Source of the DNA: Silicimonas sp.
Lineage (GTDB): Bacteria; Pseudomonadota; Alphaproteobacteria; Rhodobacterales; Rhodobacteraceae
Length of the DNA: 64,000 nt
Direction of reading: 5' to 3'
NCBI GenBank assembly: GCA_013002465.1
Contig: JABDJO010000067.1
Coordinates: forward strand, 461-64,460
Shown here: positions 1-10,053 of the stretch, one piece after another
Layout of the letters: every line of letters starts with the position of its first letter
How positions within the stretch are numbered: the first letter of the stretch is position 1
Translations under genes and position numbers: made by a program
The notes under the pieces: model-generated
Databases searched by the model: none
The model's input: only the letters and a program-made list of their open reading frames with translations
What the model was told of the DNA's origin: nothing

Positions 1-1604
1 CCAAGCCCCACGCCCTCGGCTTCACCGATGGACTTCGTGGTATAGAAGGGCTCGAACACCTTGTCAGGCTCCGCGATGCCGGGACCGGTATCCTGGATCG
101 TCAACACCACGGGTGGCCCAGGCCGTGCGACCAGATGAACCTTGCGCGTGTCACTTTCGGCCATGGCATCAATCGCATTCGACACCAGGTTCAAGACGAC
201 TTGCTGCAATCGCACTTCGCCCCCCTGAACCCAAAGCGGTGTTTCGGGCACATCCAGATCCAGCGTCACGTCGTGCTTTCTCAGGCGTGCATCCACAAGA
301 TCAATCGCGGCATGGATCGCCTGCACCAGATCGACCTTGCCAACCGCCTCGGGTTCCTGGCGGGCAAAGGCACGCAGGTTATTGATGATCCGTCCCATCC
401 GGTGCGCCAAATCACCGACCCGCGACAGATTGCTCGCCACGGCCTTTGTGTCGCCCCGTTCAAGAAAGGTCTCGGCGTTCTCGGAAAATGACCTTATCGC
501 CATCAAGGGCTGGTTCAATTCGTGGCTGATACCGGCTGACATCTTGCCAAGGGCGCTCAGCTTGCCCGATTGGATCAGCGCTGCCTGAGTCTGCTTCAAG
601 GCCTTCTCGGCCTCGCGTCTTTCCACCACCTCGGCCCTTAGCGCGACGTTGGTTTCTGACAATTCCTCGGTGCGCTGCGCCACCCGCTGTTCCAGCACTT
701 CGTTAGCCTCAGCAAGTGTGCGCCGCTGGCTGGCGACAAAAGTGATGATCGCCCCGAACAAAAGGCAGGCAATGCCTGCCACAGCCGCCTGCAAACCGGC
801 CGCCGAAAATGCTGGCGCCGCATCGACCAAAGCCTCGGCCCGCATTCCGATCACCGGCAGGTCTTTTTCGATATGAAGCGCACGGGCCGGCAGATATCGC
901 CCGGCCGACACCGACCAGAGGTCCGCATTGTCCAATCCACGTTCGACCAGCCGCCCTGCACCCTGGTCCACCTCAAAGGCGTCGATCAACGCGGCCCGTG
1001 ACCCAAGCACAAGTTCCGAGCGGTTCGAAAAGAAGATCGTTCCGGCGTGGTCCGTCATCAACACGGCGGGCCGTGATCCCCGGAAATCAGCCTCGACCCG
1101 TTCCAGGTCAATCAGGATCGTCAGAACCCGCGTCACTGGGCCACTGACAGAAAACACCGGCACGGCGTAAAGAAATGTCCGCCGCCCGAACGCCGGACTG
1201 ACCATCAGATCGCGGCCAACCGTGCCCTGAAACGCCCGTGCCACGAAAGGTCGATCCGCCCAATCGGGCTGTTTTATGCCCGAGGCGCTGCCAACATAGC
1301 CCGCCTCGCGATCCAATAACACCAGATCCAAAGCGCCGGACAGATCGGCAACACGACGAAGCTCTGCCTCAAGCACCTCGGGCGCGGTTTCTCGTGACCG
1401 TATCCGAGGCTCTCCGGCCAAAGACACCGCCAACTGCCGGTAACTGGCCAACTCGCTGATCAAACTGTCTGTGGCCAGCGACAAATCCGACTGGCCCCGG
1501 CGCTCCAACGCGCTCAGCGATTGGCCAAGCGAATAAACCCAGATCGCCGCCATGAAGGCCGCAACCGCCAGAAGAAATCCCAAAATGCCCGTGGTCCGCG
1601 CCAT
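1..1604 (-). CDS. DctB-family two-component sensor histidine kinase (3' end cut by window edge)
   Basis: Not in the ORF track because no stop lies inside the window. My own translation starts at the ATG complementary to 1602-1604: MARTTGILGFLLAVAAFMAAIWVY (TM1), a periplasmic region of about 270 aa, AGIACLLFGAIITFVA (TM2), the H-box SAGISHELNQPL, and LTIQDTGPGIAEPDKVFEPFYTTK (HATPase) at the window edge. Confidence 0.8.
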   Translation of the reverse strand, partial: MARTTGILGFLLAVAAFMAAIWVYSLGQSLSALERRGQSDLSLATDSLISELASYRQLAVSLAGEPRIRSRETAPEVLEAELRRVADLSGALDLVLLDREAGYVGSASGIKQPDWADRPFVARAFQGTVGRDLMVSPAFGRRTFLYAVPVFSVSGPVTRVLTILIDLERVEADFRGSRPAVLMTDHAGTIFFSNRSELVLGSRAALIDAFEVDQGAGRLVERGLDNADLWSVSAGRYLPARALHIEKDLPVIGMRAEALVDAAPAFSAAGLQAAVAGIACLLFGAIITFVASQRRTLAEANEVLEQRVAQRTEELSETNVALRAEVVERREAEKALKQTQAALIQSGKLSALGKMSAGISHELNQPLMAIRSFSENAETFLERGDTKAVASNLSRVGDLAHRMGRIINNLRAFARQEPEAVGKVDLVQAIHAAIDLVDARLRKHDVTLDLDVPETPLWVQGGEVRLQQVVLNLVSNAIDAMAESDTRKVHLVARPGPPVVLTIQDTGPGIAEPDKVFEPFYTTKSIGEAEGVGL

Positions 1605-1828
1605 TGCGCCATATTTTCCGATCTCGCCCAAAGGGTCGATGGCCAAATTGAAGCTTTGGCAAATAACCTGATGTCGCTTGCCACATTCGCCGCAACCGTC
1701 CCGACACGTTGGCACTTTCGCACCTCACCATGAGGGTCAAAAACGGCGACATAACGTGGCTGCGCACTGGCCGACAGACGCGAATTCCCCTACACCCCGG
1801 ATCACATGATCCAAGGGGCGCTCAATCC

Positions 1829-2737
1829 ATGACCACACGCGCAGGCTTTGTTGCCCTGATCGGCGAACCCAATGCCGGGAAGTCGACGCTTTTGAACCGT
1901 ATGGTCGGGGCCAAGGTGTCGATCGTGACCCACAAGGTGCAAACAACACGCACGCGCATTCGTGGCGTGGCTCTGGAGGGCGAAAGCCAGATCGTCTTTG
2001 TCGACACCCCGGGTCTTTTCCGTCCGCGCCGCCGTCTGGACCGTGCCATGGTCGCGGCCGCCTGGGGCGGGGCTGCGGATGCCGACATCGTGGTCCTGAT
2101 GATCGAAGCGCACCGAGGGCTGACCAAGGGCGTCGAAGCCATTCTTTCGTCACTCGAAGATCGCGGCGGCAAGGCTCCCGTTGCCCTTGCCATCAACAAG
2201 ATCGACCGGGTCGAACGCGCGGACCTGCTGGCCTTGACCCAAGCAATGAACGACCGCTTTTCTTTCGCCAAAACCTTCATGATCTCGGCCGAAAAGGGCT
2301 ATGGTGTCGACGACCTGCGCACATGGCTGGCCGAGGGATTGCCCGAAGGCCCCTGGCTTTACCCCGAAGACCAGATCGCCGACATGCCCTTGAGGATGAT
2401 TGCCGCCGAGATCACGCGCGAAAAGCTGACGCTCAGACTTCACCAGGAATTGCCCTATCAACTGACCGTCGAAACCGAAGGCTGGGAAGATCGCCCCGAC
2501 GGCAGCGTCCGCATCGACCAGGTGATCTATGTCGCGCGCGACGGCCACAAGGGCATTCTGCTTGGCAAGAAAGGCGAAACGATCAAGGCCGTGGGCAAAC
2601 TGGCGCGCGAAGAAATCTCGGAATTCCTCGACCGTAAAGCCCACCTGTTCCTGACCGTGAAAGTACGCAGCGGTTGGCTGGAAGAAGCCGAGCGTTATAG
2701 CGAAATGGGCCTCGATTTCCGGGACGGATCGCCATGA
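1829..2737 (+). CDS. era: GTPase Era
   Basis: Track ORF 1709-2737. P-loop GEPNAGKSTLLN, DTPG, NKID and a C-terminal KH-like region. I chose the ATG at 1829 (MTTRAGFVALIG) as the N-terminus typical of Era. Confidence 0.95.
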   Translation: MTTRAGFVALIGEPNAGKSTLLNRMVGAKVSIVTHKVQTTRTRIRGVALEGESQIVFVDTPGLFRPRRRLDRAMVAAAWGGAADADIVVLMIEAHRGLTKGVEAILSSLEDRGGKAPVALAINKIDRVERADLLALTQAMNDRFSFAKTFMISAEKGYGVDDLRTWLAEGLPEGPWLYPEDQIADMPLRMIAAEITREKLTLRLHQELPYQLTVETEGWEDRPDGSVRIDQVIYVARDGHKGILLGKKGETIKAVGKLAREEISEFLDRKAHLFLTVKVRSGWLEEAERYSEMGLDFRDGSP

Positions 2738-3120
2738 AGTCCGCGCATCGAGAGATCACCTTCTGGCACTATACCCAGCCGACACGCAGCACCTTCGGCT
2801 TTCACCTTCGCGCCGCAACACCCGAAGCGCGCTTCAAGCTCGCAACACGCCTGGAAGAACTGGCACCCGCGGCATCAATGCAATTCCACTTTGGCGAGCT
2901 TGTCCCGGACCCTCTGGGATCGTCGCGCGACATCAAGAAGGACGTTACGTTTGTCATCGGGATGACACCCGCCTCCGGCGAAGGCGTATCACTGGCCATC
3001 GACGACGAACAATGCGCCCTTCTGGTCGATCTTTTGAAGCAAGGGGTTACAACCGAATCCTGCGTCACAGTGTTCGGACGGGAAAACCAGGTGCCACTTT
3101 GGATTTGGCCGGATCCATGA
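2734..3120 (+). CDS. hypothetical protein (128 aa), translationally coupled to era
   Basis: ATGA overlaps at both ends (2734-2737 with era, 3117-3120 with the next gene). Third-position GC bias is coding-like. I recognise no family. Confidence 0.6.
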   Translation: MKSAHREITFWHYTQPTRSTFGFHLRAATPEARFKLATRLEELAPAASMQFHFGELVPDPLGSSRDIKKDVTFVIGMTPASGEGVSLAIDDEQCALLVDLLKQGVTTESCVTVFGRENQVPLWIWPDP

Positions 3121-3446
3121 CGCGGCTGACCACGGAAATCTGGATCGCGGCTTATCTCACCCGGCTGCGGCTTGCCACCATCCCCGCATTCATCGTGCAA
3201 AAGGGCGACAAGACCGCAGGGGCGGTCCTGGTCAAGCTGAATACGCTCGACGGTGCCGCCTGTTGTTTTCACCGTTCGTTTGATCTGGCAAGCGGCGAAC
3301 GCCAATGGGCCGTTCTGAAAGAAGGTGCGGAACCCGAAGTCGATGCAAGCATCGGCAAACAGAAGGGTTTTGACCCCGACCTATGGGTGATCGAAATCGA
3401 GGACCGCGACGGCCGTCATCTTCTGGACGACCCAAGCCTTAGCTGA
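3117..3446 (+). CDS. DUF1491-family protein
   Basis: MTRLTTEIWIAAYLTRLRL...AGAVLVKLNTLDG...FDPDLWVIEIEDRDGRHLL matches my recollection of the small alphaproteobacterial DUF1491 family. The internal ATG at 3117 of track ORF 3012-3446 overlaps the upstream stop. Confidence 0.7.
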   Translation: MTRLTTEIWIAAYLTRLRLATIPAFIVQKGDKTAGAVLVKLNTLDGAACCFHRSFDLASGERQWAVLKEGAEPEVDASIGKQKGFDPDLWVIEIEDRDGRHLLDDPSLS

Positions 3447-3583
3447 GCAGCTTGCGGCGTCTTGATTATTGCGCCCCCTTCGGGGTCGCGGTGGCTCCGG
3501 TGGAAGTATTCAGACAGAAAAAGTTGCAAACACCTTGACTAAAATTCTCGTTCTCCTGGTGGAAATATCCTTGGGGGTGAGGA

Positions 3584-3620
3584 GCGGACACCGTCCGCGC
3601 CGAGGGGGCAAACAGCCCCC
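3584..3620. terminator. two tandem GC hairpins in a convergent intergenic region (putative bidirectional terminator)
   Basis: GCGGAC-acc-GTCCGC (3584-3598) and GGGGGC-aaaca-GCCCCC (3604-3620), abutting the stop of the minus-strand esterase gene. There is no clear U-tract. Confidence 0.4.
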
Positions 3621-4300
3621 TAGTCCACCCTCTCCAACAAGTCCAGAACGCTTGGGCCGATGTCGGCAACGATCAACGCCACTCCATCGCGATTTGGGTG
3701 GATCGCATCACCTTGCATGTGGTTTTCCAGCACCATTTGGCGATCGTTCATGGCCGCCAGCGCCCCCAGAAAGTTCTCATGCAACAAAGCACCATGGGCC
3801 TTGGCCAATTCGGGATAAATCGCGTCGAAGGCTGCCTTGTATTCCTGTCCATAGTTCGATGGCGCAACCATGCCGACCAGCAGAACGGGCAGTTCGCGCG
3901 ATCCGGCTTCGTCCAGGATGCCTTTCAGGTTTTCGCGGCTGAGCGAAGGATCAATCCCGCGCAAAAGATCATTACCGCCCAGAGCCACGATCAAGGCATC
4001 GACGTCGCCGTTCAAGGTCCAACCGATCCGGCTCAGCCCCCCGGCGGTGGTGTCGCCCGAAACACCGGCGTTGACCAGAACAACCTCGGCGCCTTCGGCA
4101 TCCAACCAGGTTTGAAGTTGCGGAACAAAGCCGTTTTCGGGCGCCAATCCATAGCCCTGGGTCAGGCTGTCACCCAGGGCCACCACCGTCACCGGTTCGC
4201 CCCACACCGGGGAAAGGCTCAGAATTGTTGCAACTGCGGCGTTGCGCAAAGACAGAATTGCCCCATATCCACCTATGACCCACCGGAACGGAGACCCCAT
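3620..4300 (-). CDS. tesA: SGNH/GDSL arylesterase-lysophospholipase (TesA-like), secreted
   Basis: Block I VVALGDSLTQGYG (catalytic Ser), GGNDLLRG, and DAIHPNRDG (Asp-x-x-His). The start is uncertain: either ATG 4300, or TTG 4249 which gives the signal peptide MRNAAVATILSLSPVWG. Confidence 0.85.
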   Translation of the reverse strand: MGSPFRWVIGGYGAILSLRNAAVATILSLSPVWGEPVTVVALGDSLTQGYGLAPENGFVPQLQTWLDAEGAEVVLVNAGVSGDTTAGGLSRIGWTLNGDVDALIVALGGNDLLRGIDPSLSRENLKGILDEAGSRELPVLLVGMVAPSNYGQEYKAAFDAIYPELAKAHGALLHENFLGALAAMNDRQMVLENHMQGDAIHPNRDGVALIVADIGPSVLDLLERVD

Positions 4301-4985
4301 GGCCGAGACGATCCTCACGCTGAAAGACGCCCGTCTCACGCTGGATGGCAACGCCGGGCGCGTCGATATCCTGAAGGGAATAACCCTGGACATTGCGCGC
4401 GGAGAAACCTTGGGGCTGGTGGGGCTGTCCGGATCAGGCAAGTCGTCTCTCCTTATGCTGATGGGCGGATTGGAACGCGCCACCCATGGGCAGGTCACAG
4501 CCCTTGGCCACGATCTGACCGGGCTTGGCGAAGATGCACTGGCCCGGGTTCGTCGGCAACATATGGGGGTGGTATTCCAATCCTTCCACCTGATTCCCAC
4601 AATGACGGCCCTTGAAAACGTGGCAACGCCGTTGGAACTTGCAGGCGTCAGCGATGCCTTCACGCGGGCTGGCGAAGAACTTGCCGCAATGGGTCTTGAG
4701 GATCGGATGCACCATTACCCCGCACAACTGTCGGGGGGTGAGCAACAACGGGTGGCCCTGGCTCGCGCGGCAGCCCCACGGCCCGACATACTTCTCGCCG
4801 ATGAACCAACCGGCAACCTCGATGGTGCCACGGGTGCCGCGATCATGGACCTGCTCTTCGGATTGAACGAACGTCACGGCGCAACGCTCATCCTGGTCAC
4901 GCACGCCCCCGAACTCGCGGCCCGCTGCGACAGGACAGTTCGGCTTCATGACGGCCAGATCGTGCCCGAAGGCGCACCGGCATGA
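4299..4985 (+). CDS. ybbA: ABC transporter ATP-binding protein (YbbA/LolD-like)
   Basis: Walker [12 protein letters not shown], signature [14 protein letters not shown], Walker [14 protein letters not shown] chose the ATG at 4299 ([10 protein letters not shown]). It is divergent from tesA and followed by a large FtsX-type permease, as in the E. coli tesA-ybbA-ybbP arrangement. Confidence 0.9.
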   Translation: MAETILTLKDARLTLDGNAGRVDILKGITLDIARGETLGLVGLSGSGKSSLLMLMGGLERATHGQVTALGHDLTGLGEDALARVRRQHMGVVFQSFHLIPTMTALENVATPLELAGVSDAFTRAGEELAAMGLEDRMHHYPAQLSGGEQQRVALARAAAPRPDILLADEPTGNLDGATGAAIMDLLFGLNERHGATLILVTHAPELAARCDRTVRLHDGQIVPEGAPA

Positions 4986-7504
4986 GTTTCGCCAACGCCC
5001 GCACCATCGCACGGCGCGAATTGCGCGGCGGGCTTCATGGCTTTCGCATTTTCCTGTTGTGCCTCACGCTTGGCGTTGCGGCCATCGTGGCTGTTGGCAG
5101 TGTGCGCGAGGCCATCCGCGCCGGACTTCAACAGGAAGGCGCCACGCTTTTGGGCGGCGATGCCGAGTTGGAGTTGACCTATCGGTTTGCGACAGAAGAC
5201 GAACGCGCCTGGATGGAGGATAAGGCAAGCGCGGTCGCCGAACTGGTCGACTTTCGTTCGATGGCCGTCTTCGGAGCCGGAGACACCGCCGAGCGGGGGC
5301 TGACCCAGGTCAAGGCCGTGGATGGCGCCTATCCGCTCCTTGGCCAGGTGATCCTGGACCCCGAGATGCCGTTGACCACCGCGCTGGACGGCACGGAGGA
5401 CCTGCCGGGCGCGGTCATGGCGCCCCTTTTGATCGCGCGCATGGGGATGAAGCCTGGCGACCGGTTTCAGCTTGGGGCGCAAAGCTTCGTGCTGATGGCC
5501 GCCTTGCGCGAAGAACCCGACGATGCAGGCGGCGGGTTCAGCCTTGGCCCGCGCACCATCGTACGCACAGCCGACCTTGCCGAAAGCGGCCTGATCCAGC
5601 CCGGCACATTGTTCGAAACCGAATACAAGCTGCGCCTTGCCCCCGAAGCTGACCTTGATGCCTTGGAGCGCGAGGCCGAAACGCGCTTTACCGGCGTCAG
5701 ATGGCGCGACCGACGCAATGGCGCGCCCGGCATCCAGGTATTTGTCGATCGTCTAAGCTCGTTCCTTGTCCTTGTCGGCCTTGCTGGCCTGGCGGTTGGC
5801 GGGGTCGGCATTTCGGCCGCGGTGACGTCCTATCTCGACCGAAAGACCGAAGTCATCGCCACATTGAAAACCCTCGGCGCCGACAGCCGGACGATTTTTC
5901 AAACCTATTTCCTGCAGATCGGGGCCATGACCCTGATCGGACTGGCGCTTGGCCTGGCACTCGGCGGAGCGCTGCCGCTGGTCCTGGCTCCGGTGATCGA
6001 GGCCCGATTGCCGATGCCTGCCGTCTTCTCGCTTCACCCCCGGCCCCTGGCCGAAGCGGCGGTCTATGGGATGCTGGCGGCGTTGATTTTCACGCTCTGG
6101 CCACTGGCACGCGTCGAAGACGTGCGGGCGGCCACGTTGTTTCGCGACAGCACGGGCGACATCCGGGGCTGGCCGCGCGCGCGCTGGATCGTGCTGACAG
6201 CGATGTTGGTGCTGCTTCTCGTCACTCTTGCCGCCTATTGGTCGGGTCTCTGGAAGCTTACCTTTGGGGCCGCCGGGGGCGTGATCGTCGCATTTGCGGG
6301 GCTTGTTCTGGCTGCCCGGGGCGTCAGGTGGCTGGCCCGGCGCCTTGCATCGCGCTTTCAAGGTCAAAGCGCGATCCGCCTTGCCCTTGGCGCCGTCGCC
6401 AGCCCGGGCGGAGAGGCGACATCGGTTGTTCTGTCCCTTGGTCTTGGGCTCAGTGTTCTGGCGGCCGTGGGGCAGATCGACGCCAACTTGAAAGACGCCA
6501 TCACCCGCGATCTGCCGATCCGCGCACCGTCCTTCTTCATGGTCGATATCCAACCCGGCCAGATCGACGATTTCCAGACCCGTCTTGGCGACAGACCCAC
6601 AGTCAGCAAGGTCGAAAGTGCCCCGATGCTGCGCGGAATCATCACCGAAATAAACGGTCGGCCCGCCGACGAGGTCGCGGGGCCGCACTGGGTTCTGCGC
6701 GGCGACCGTGGCGTGACTTATTCCGACCGTCCGCCCGAAGGCACCAAAATTACCCATGGCGACTGGTGGCCCGAAGGCTATGGAGGCCCTGCGCAAGTCA
6801 GTTTTGCCACCGAGGAAGCCCTGGAACTTGGCCTTGAACTGGGTGACGAGATCACCGTCAACATCCTTGGCCGCGACATCTCCGCAAAAGTCACCAGCTT
6901 TCGCGAGGTCGATTTTTCGACGGCGGGCATCGGCTTCATCCTGTCGATGAACCCCGGCGCCCTGGCTGGCGCACCCCATAGCTTTATCTCGACCGTCTAT
7001 GCAGATGCCAAGGCCGAACCGGCAATCCTGCGCGATATCTCGTCGACCTACCCCAACATCACCGCCATCAGTGTCAAAGACGCCATCACGCGTGTCAGCG
7101 ATATCCTCTCCGGCATCGCCGCCGCCATCACCTATGGCGCCCTTGCCACGCTGATCACCGGCGGCGTTGTCCTGATCGGGGCCGCCGCCGCAGGCGTCCA
7201 CGCCCGCACCTACGAGGCTGCCATCCTGAAAACGCTCGGTGCCTCTCGCCGCACGGTATTGCACAGCTTTGCTCTGCGCGCCGCGCTTCTCGGCGCGGCG
7301 GCGGGATTGGTCGCCATCGTAGCGGGTGGCCTAGCCGGATGGGGCGTGATGCGCTTCGTTATGGAGACCGAATACAGCTTTGAACCGGTGTCGGCCCTTC
7401 TGATCGTGACGGGTGGCGTTCTGGCGACCCTTGTTTCGGGGCTCCTGTTCGCCTGGAGGCCTCTGGCGGCACGTCCGGCCCGGATTCTGCGCGCGCGCGA
7501 GTAA
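4982..7504 (+). CDS. ybbP: FtsX-like ABC transporter permease (YbbP-like, 840 aa, duplicated FtsX domains)
   Basis: ATGA overlap with the ATPase gene. There are two blocks of hydrophobic helices separated by large soluble loops, which is the size and architecture typical of YbbP. Confidence 0.85.
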   Translation: MSFANARTIARRELRGGLHGFRIFLLCLTLGVAAIVAVGSVREAIRAGLQQEGATLLGGDAELELTYRFATEDERAWMEDKASAVAELVDFRSMAVFGAGDTAERGLTQVKAVDGAYPLLGQVILDPEMPLTTALDGTEDLPGAVMAPLLIARMGMKPGDRFQLGAQSFVLMAALREEPDDAGGGFSLGPRTIVRTADLAESGLIQPGTLFETEYKLRLAPEADLDALEREAETRFTGVRWRDRRNGAPGIQVFVDRLSSFLVLVGLAGLAVGGVGISAAVTSYLDRKTEVIATLKTLGADSRTIFQTYFLQIGAMTLIGLALGLALGGALPLVLAPVIEARLPMPAVFSLHPRPLAEAAVYGMLAALIFTLWPLARVEDVRAATLFRDSTGDIRGWPRARWIVLTAMLVLLLVTLAAYWSGLWKLTFGAAGGVIVAFAGLVLAARGVRWLARRLASRFQGQSAIRLALGAVASPGGEATSVVLSLGLGLSVLAAVGQIDANLKDAITRDLPIRAPSFFMVDIQPGQIDDFQTRLGDRPTVSKVESAPMLRGIITEINGRPADEVAGPHWVLRGDRGVTYSDRPPEGTKITHGDWWPEGYGGPAQVSFATEEALELGLELGDEITVNILGRDISAKVTSFREVDFSTAGIGFILSMNPGALAGAPHSFISTVYADAKAEPAILRDISSTYPNITAISVKDAITRVSDILSGIAAAITYGALATLITGGVVLIGAAAAGVHARTYEAAILKTLGASRRTVLHSFALRAALLGAAAGLVAIVAGGLAGWGVMRFVMETEYSFEPVSALLIVTGGVLATLVSGLLFAWRPLAARPARILRARE

Positions 7505-7620
7505 TCGACAGGCAAAATCCAGGCGAATTCCCGGCACTTTTTCCCAATGCATCGGGGTCAAGGGCTGGACAATCCGGCCCTGACGTCCAAGCATCGCACA
7601 AACGATCAGGGAGAACTGCC

Positions 7621-8436
7621 ATGAAACTGATGACAACAACCGCCGCCCTCATGCTCATTGCCACGGGCGCCATCGCCCAGAACGATTGCGTCACCGGGAA
7701 AACCCTGGAAGACGGCAAACTGACCATCGCGACCGGAAACCCCGCCTATTACCCCTGGGTCATGGACGATGCGCCCGAATCAAAACAAGGCTTCGAGGCC
7801 GCCGTCGCCTACGCTGTGGCCAACGAAATGGGGTTTTCTGACGATCAGGTGGTCTGGGTACGCTCGTCTTTCGACCAGGCCATCCAACCCGGTGCCAAGG
7901 ATTTCGACTTCAACCTCCAGCAATACTCGATCACCGAAGAACGCGACGAAATCGTGGACTTCTCGGAACCCTATTACTCCGCCGCCATGGCCGTACTGAC
8001 ACGCCAGCCCGTGGTCGACGGCGGGGCCGAAGCCAGCGTTGCCTCTCTGCAAGGATTGATCTGGGGGGCGGATGCCAACACCACGGCCGTGCCAATCCTG
8101 AACGAGGTGGTGCAGCCCGACAAGGAACCCTTGCTTTACGGTGAAAACATCGACGTCGTCGAGGCCATGAAAGCCAACCAGATCGACGCCGCCCTCTTCG
8201 ATCTGCCGACTGCGCTCTATCTTTCGGCGGTTGTGCTTGAAGACGGCGTCATCCTTGGCCAATTCCCTGCCGACCGCAGCGAAAGCCCCGACGAATTCGG
8301 CCTCTTGATGGAAGAGGGCAATCCCCTGAAGTCCTGTGTGGATGCAGCAATCAACGCCCTGAAAGCCAGCGGAGAACTTGCCGCCATCGAGGCACAATGG
8401 CTTTCTGAAACCACCGGCGTCCCGGTTATCAAGTAA
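7621..8436 (+). CDS. amino-acid ABC transporter substrate-binding protein (family 3 SBP)
   Basis: Signal peptide MKLMTTTAALMLIATGAIAQ, and GKLTIATGNPAYYPW plus FDFNLQQYSITEER typical of polar amino-acid SBPs. RBS GGGAGAA upstream. Confidence 0.9.
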   Translation: MKLMTTTAALMLIATGAIAQNDCVTGKTLEDGKLTIATGNPAYYPWVMDDAPESKQGFEAAVAYAVANEMGFSDDQVVWVRSSFDQAIQPGAKDFDFNLQQYSITEERDEIVDFSEPYYSAAMAVLTRQPVVDGGAEASVASLQGLIWGADANTTAVPILNEVVQPDKEPLLYGENIDVVEAMKANQIDAALFDLPTALYLSAVVLEDGVILGQFPADRSESPDEFGLLMEEGNPLKSCVDAAINALKASGELAAIEAQWLSETTGVPVIK

Positions 8437-8445
8437 ATCCGGGCC

Positions 8446-9258
8446 GTGCCAACGCGGCGACAGATCTACGAATCACGAGTCCGGCGGCGGTCAGCGATGG
8501 TCGCCGGCGGCTCGACCTTGGCCGTCTTGATCGCGCTCTTCATCCTCATTCCGCTTGCGCCCGGATGGCCTGCCGTCAAGAAAAGCTTCTTTAATGGCGC
8601 CGTTTTCGCAAAGACCTTTCCCGGCCTATTGGACGCCTTTCTTCTGGACGTCGCCATCTTCGCCTGGTCGGCGCCCTTGATCTTCTTTCTGGGGCTTCTG
8701 ATCGCGCTTGCCCGCGACGCGCACTCGCCCGCGCTCTATCCCGTCCGGCTTTTCGGCATCGTGTTCACCGATGTGTTTCGTGGCGTGCCGGTGATCCTGG
8801 TGATCTATCTCGTCGGCTTCGGCGTGCCTGGCCTGGGCCTGCCCCGCCCCTGGAACTCACCCTATATCTGGGGCACCGTGGCGCTTGTCCTGACCTATTC
8901 CGCCTATGTCGCCGAAGTCTTTCGCACCGGCATCGAAAGCGTTCACCAAAGCCAAAGATCGGCTGCGGCCTCGCTTGGTCTCTCCAATGCCGACACCATG
9001 CGCTATGTGGTTCTGCCCCAGGCCGTGCGCCGTGTGGTCCCGGCCAACATGAACCTCTTCATCGCCCTGCAAAAAGACGTGGCCCTTCTGTCTTTCATCG
9101 GCCCGGTCGAAATCTTCCGCCAAGCCGGAGTCTACAAGTCGCTGATGGCCAATTTCACTCCCTATGTCGGCGCAGCGCTGATCTTTCTCGCTATCACGAT
9201 CCCCGCCACACGCTATGCCGACCACCTGATGGCCCGGGAACGGCGGGCCAAGTCCTGA
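8446..9258 (+). CDS. amino-acid ABC transporter permease
   Basis: GTG start. HisM/GlnP-type membrane protein carrying the EAA-like loop [22 protein letters not shown]. Confidence 0.9.
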   Translation: MPTRRQIYESRVRRRSAMVAGGSTLAVLIALFILIPLAPGWPAVKKSFFNGAVFAKTFPGLLDAFLLDVAIFAWSAPLIFFLGLLIALARDAHSPALYPVRLFGIVFTDVFRGVPVILVIYLVGFGVPGLGLPRPWNSPYIWGTVALVLTYSAYVAEVFRTGIESVHQSQRSAAASLGLSNADTMRYVVLPQAVRRVVPANMNLFIALQKDVALLSFIGPVEIFRQAGVYKSLMANFTPYVGAALIFLAITIPATRYADHLMARERRAKS

Positions 9259-9986
9259 TGGCGCTTCTCGAAACCAGAAACTTAAGGAAAAGCTTCGGCG
9301 AAAACGCGGTTTGCCGCGGCATCGACCTTAGAATCGAAACCGGCCAGATGGTCTGCCTGATCGGCGCTTCGGGGTCCGGCAAGTCAACGTTGCTTAGGTG
9401 CCTGAACCTGCTTGAGCCCATTGACGACGGTGTGATCCTTCTGGATGGCGACGACATCTCGGTTCCCGGGCTCGATCCGCAACCCGTGCGCCAGCGGATT
9501 GGCATGGTCTTCCAAAGCTTCAACCTGTTTCCCCATATGTCTGCCGTCGAAAACGTCATGCTCGCCCCCCGCCGGGTCCACAACCGAAGTCGCGAGGAAC
9601 TTACGGGCGAGGTCACCGCTTTGTTCCAGCGCTTCGGCCTTGGCGACCGGATGGAACATTATCCCGAACAACTCTCCGGCGGCCAACAGCAACGGGTGGC
9701 TATCGTGCGCGCACTCGCGATGAAGCCCCAGATCATGCTCTTTGATGAAATCACCTCCGCCCTTGACCCTGAACTCGTGGGCGAGGTCCTCGACGTCCTG
9801 CGCCAACTGCGCGGCGAGGGCATGACCATGGTTCTGGCCACCCACGAAATGGGCTTTGCCCGCGAACTGGCCGACAAGGTCTGCTTTCTCGATGGCGGCG
9901 TAATCCTTGAAGAAGGCCCGCCCGAACAGCTTTTCTCGACCCCCCGCGAAGACCGCACGAGGGCCTTCCTGTCGCGCGTCCTCTGA
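9258..9986 (+). CDS. amino-acid ABC transporter ATP-binding protein
   Basis: [44 protein letters not shown]. GlnQ/HisP-like, 242 aa. Confidence 0.95.
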   Translation: MALLETRNLRKSFGENAVCRGIDLRIETGQMVCLIGASGSGKSTLLRCLNLLEPIDDGVILLDGDDISVPGLDPQPVRQRIGMVFQSFNLFPHMSAVENVMLAPRRVHNRSREELTGEVTALFQRFGLGDRMEHYPEQLSGGQQQRVAIVRALAMKPQIMLFDEITSALDPELVGEVLDVLRQLRGEGMTMVLATHEMGFARELADKVCFLDGGVILEEGPPEQLFSTPREDRTRAFLSRVL

Positions 9987-10053
9987 ACCTTCATCTTGCC
10001 AAAAATATGCACGTCCCGACTAATGCCCACGCGCCCCTTGGCCGAATAAGGGC

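Noticed and set aside
1605-1828. Sigma-54 promoter (TGGCAC-N5-TTGC) near the DctB-like kinase gene
   Set aside because: TGGCACTTTCGCACC occurs at about 1709-1723, but its GC dinucleotide is 3 nt too close to the GG element for the -24/-12 spacing. It is not a credible RpoN site.
3447-3619. Small RNA or small ORFs (track ORFs 3466-3669 and 3469-3942) in the 173-bp convergent spacer
   Set aside because: The ORFs are low-complexity and overlap the esterase gene antisense. The spacer shows only GC hairpins consistent with terminators for the two convergent genes. I found no convincing promoter (-10 element) for an independent transcript.
5753-7264. 503-aa ORF antisense to the FtsX-like permease gene
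   Set aside because: It is a shadow ORF typical of high-GC DNA. The translation is Arg/Gly/Asp/Ala-rich low complexity with no motif, and it lies fully inside a well-supported plus-strand gene. The same applies to 14660-15847(-), 46665-47897(+), 54669-56522(+), 56998-57708(-), 59292-59936(+) and 61784-63391(+).
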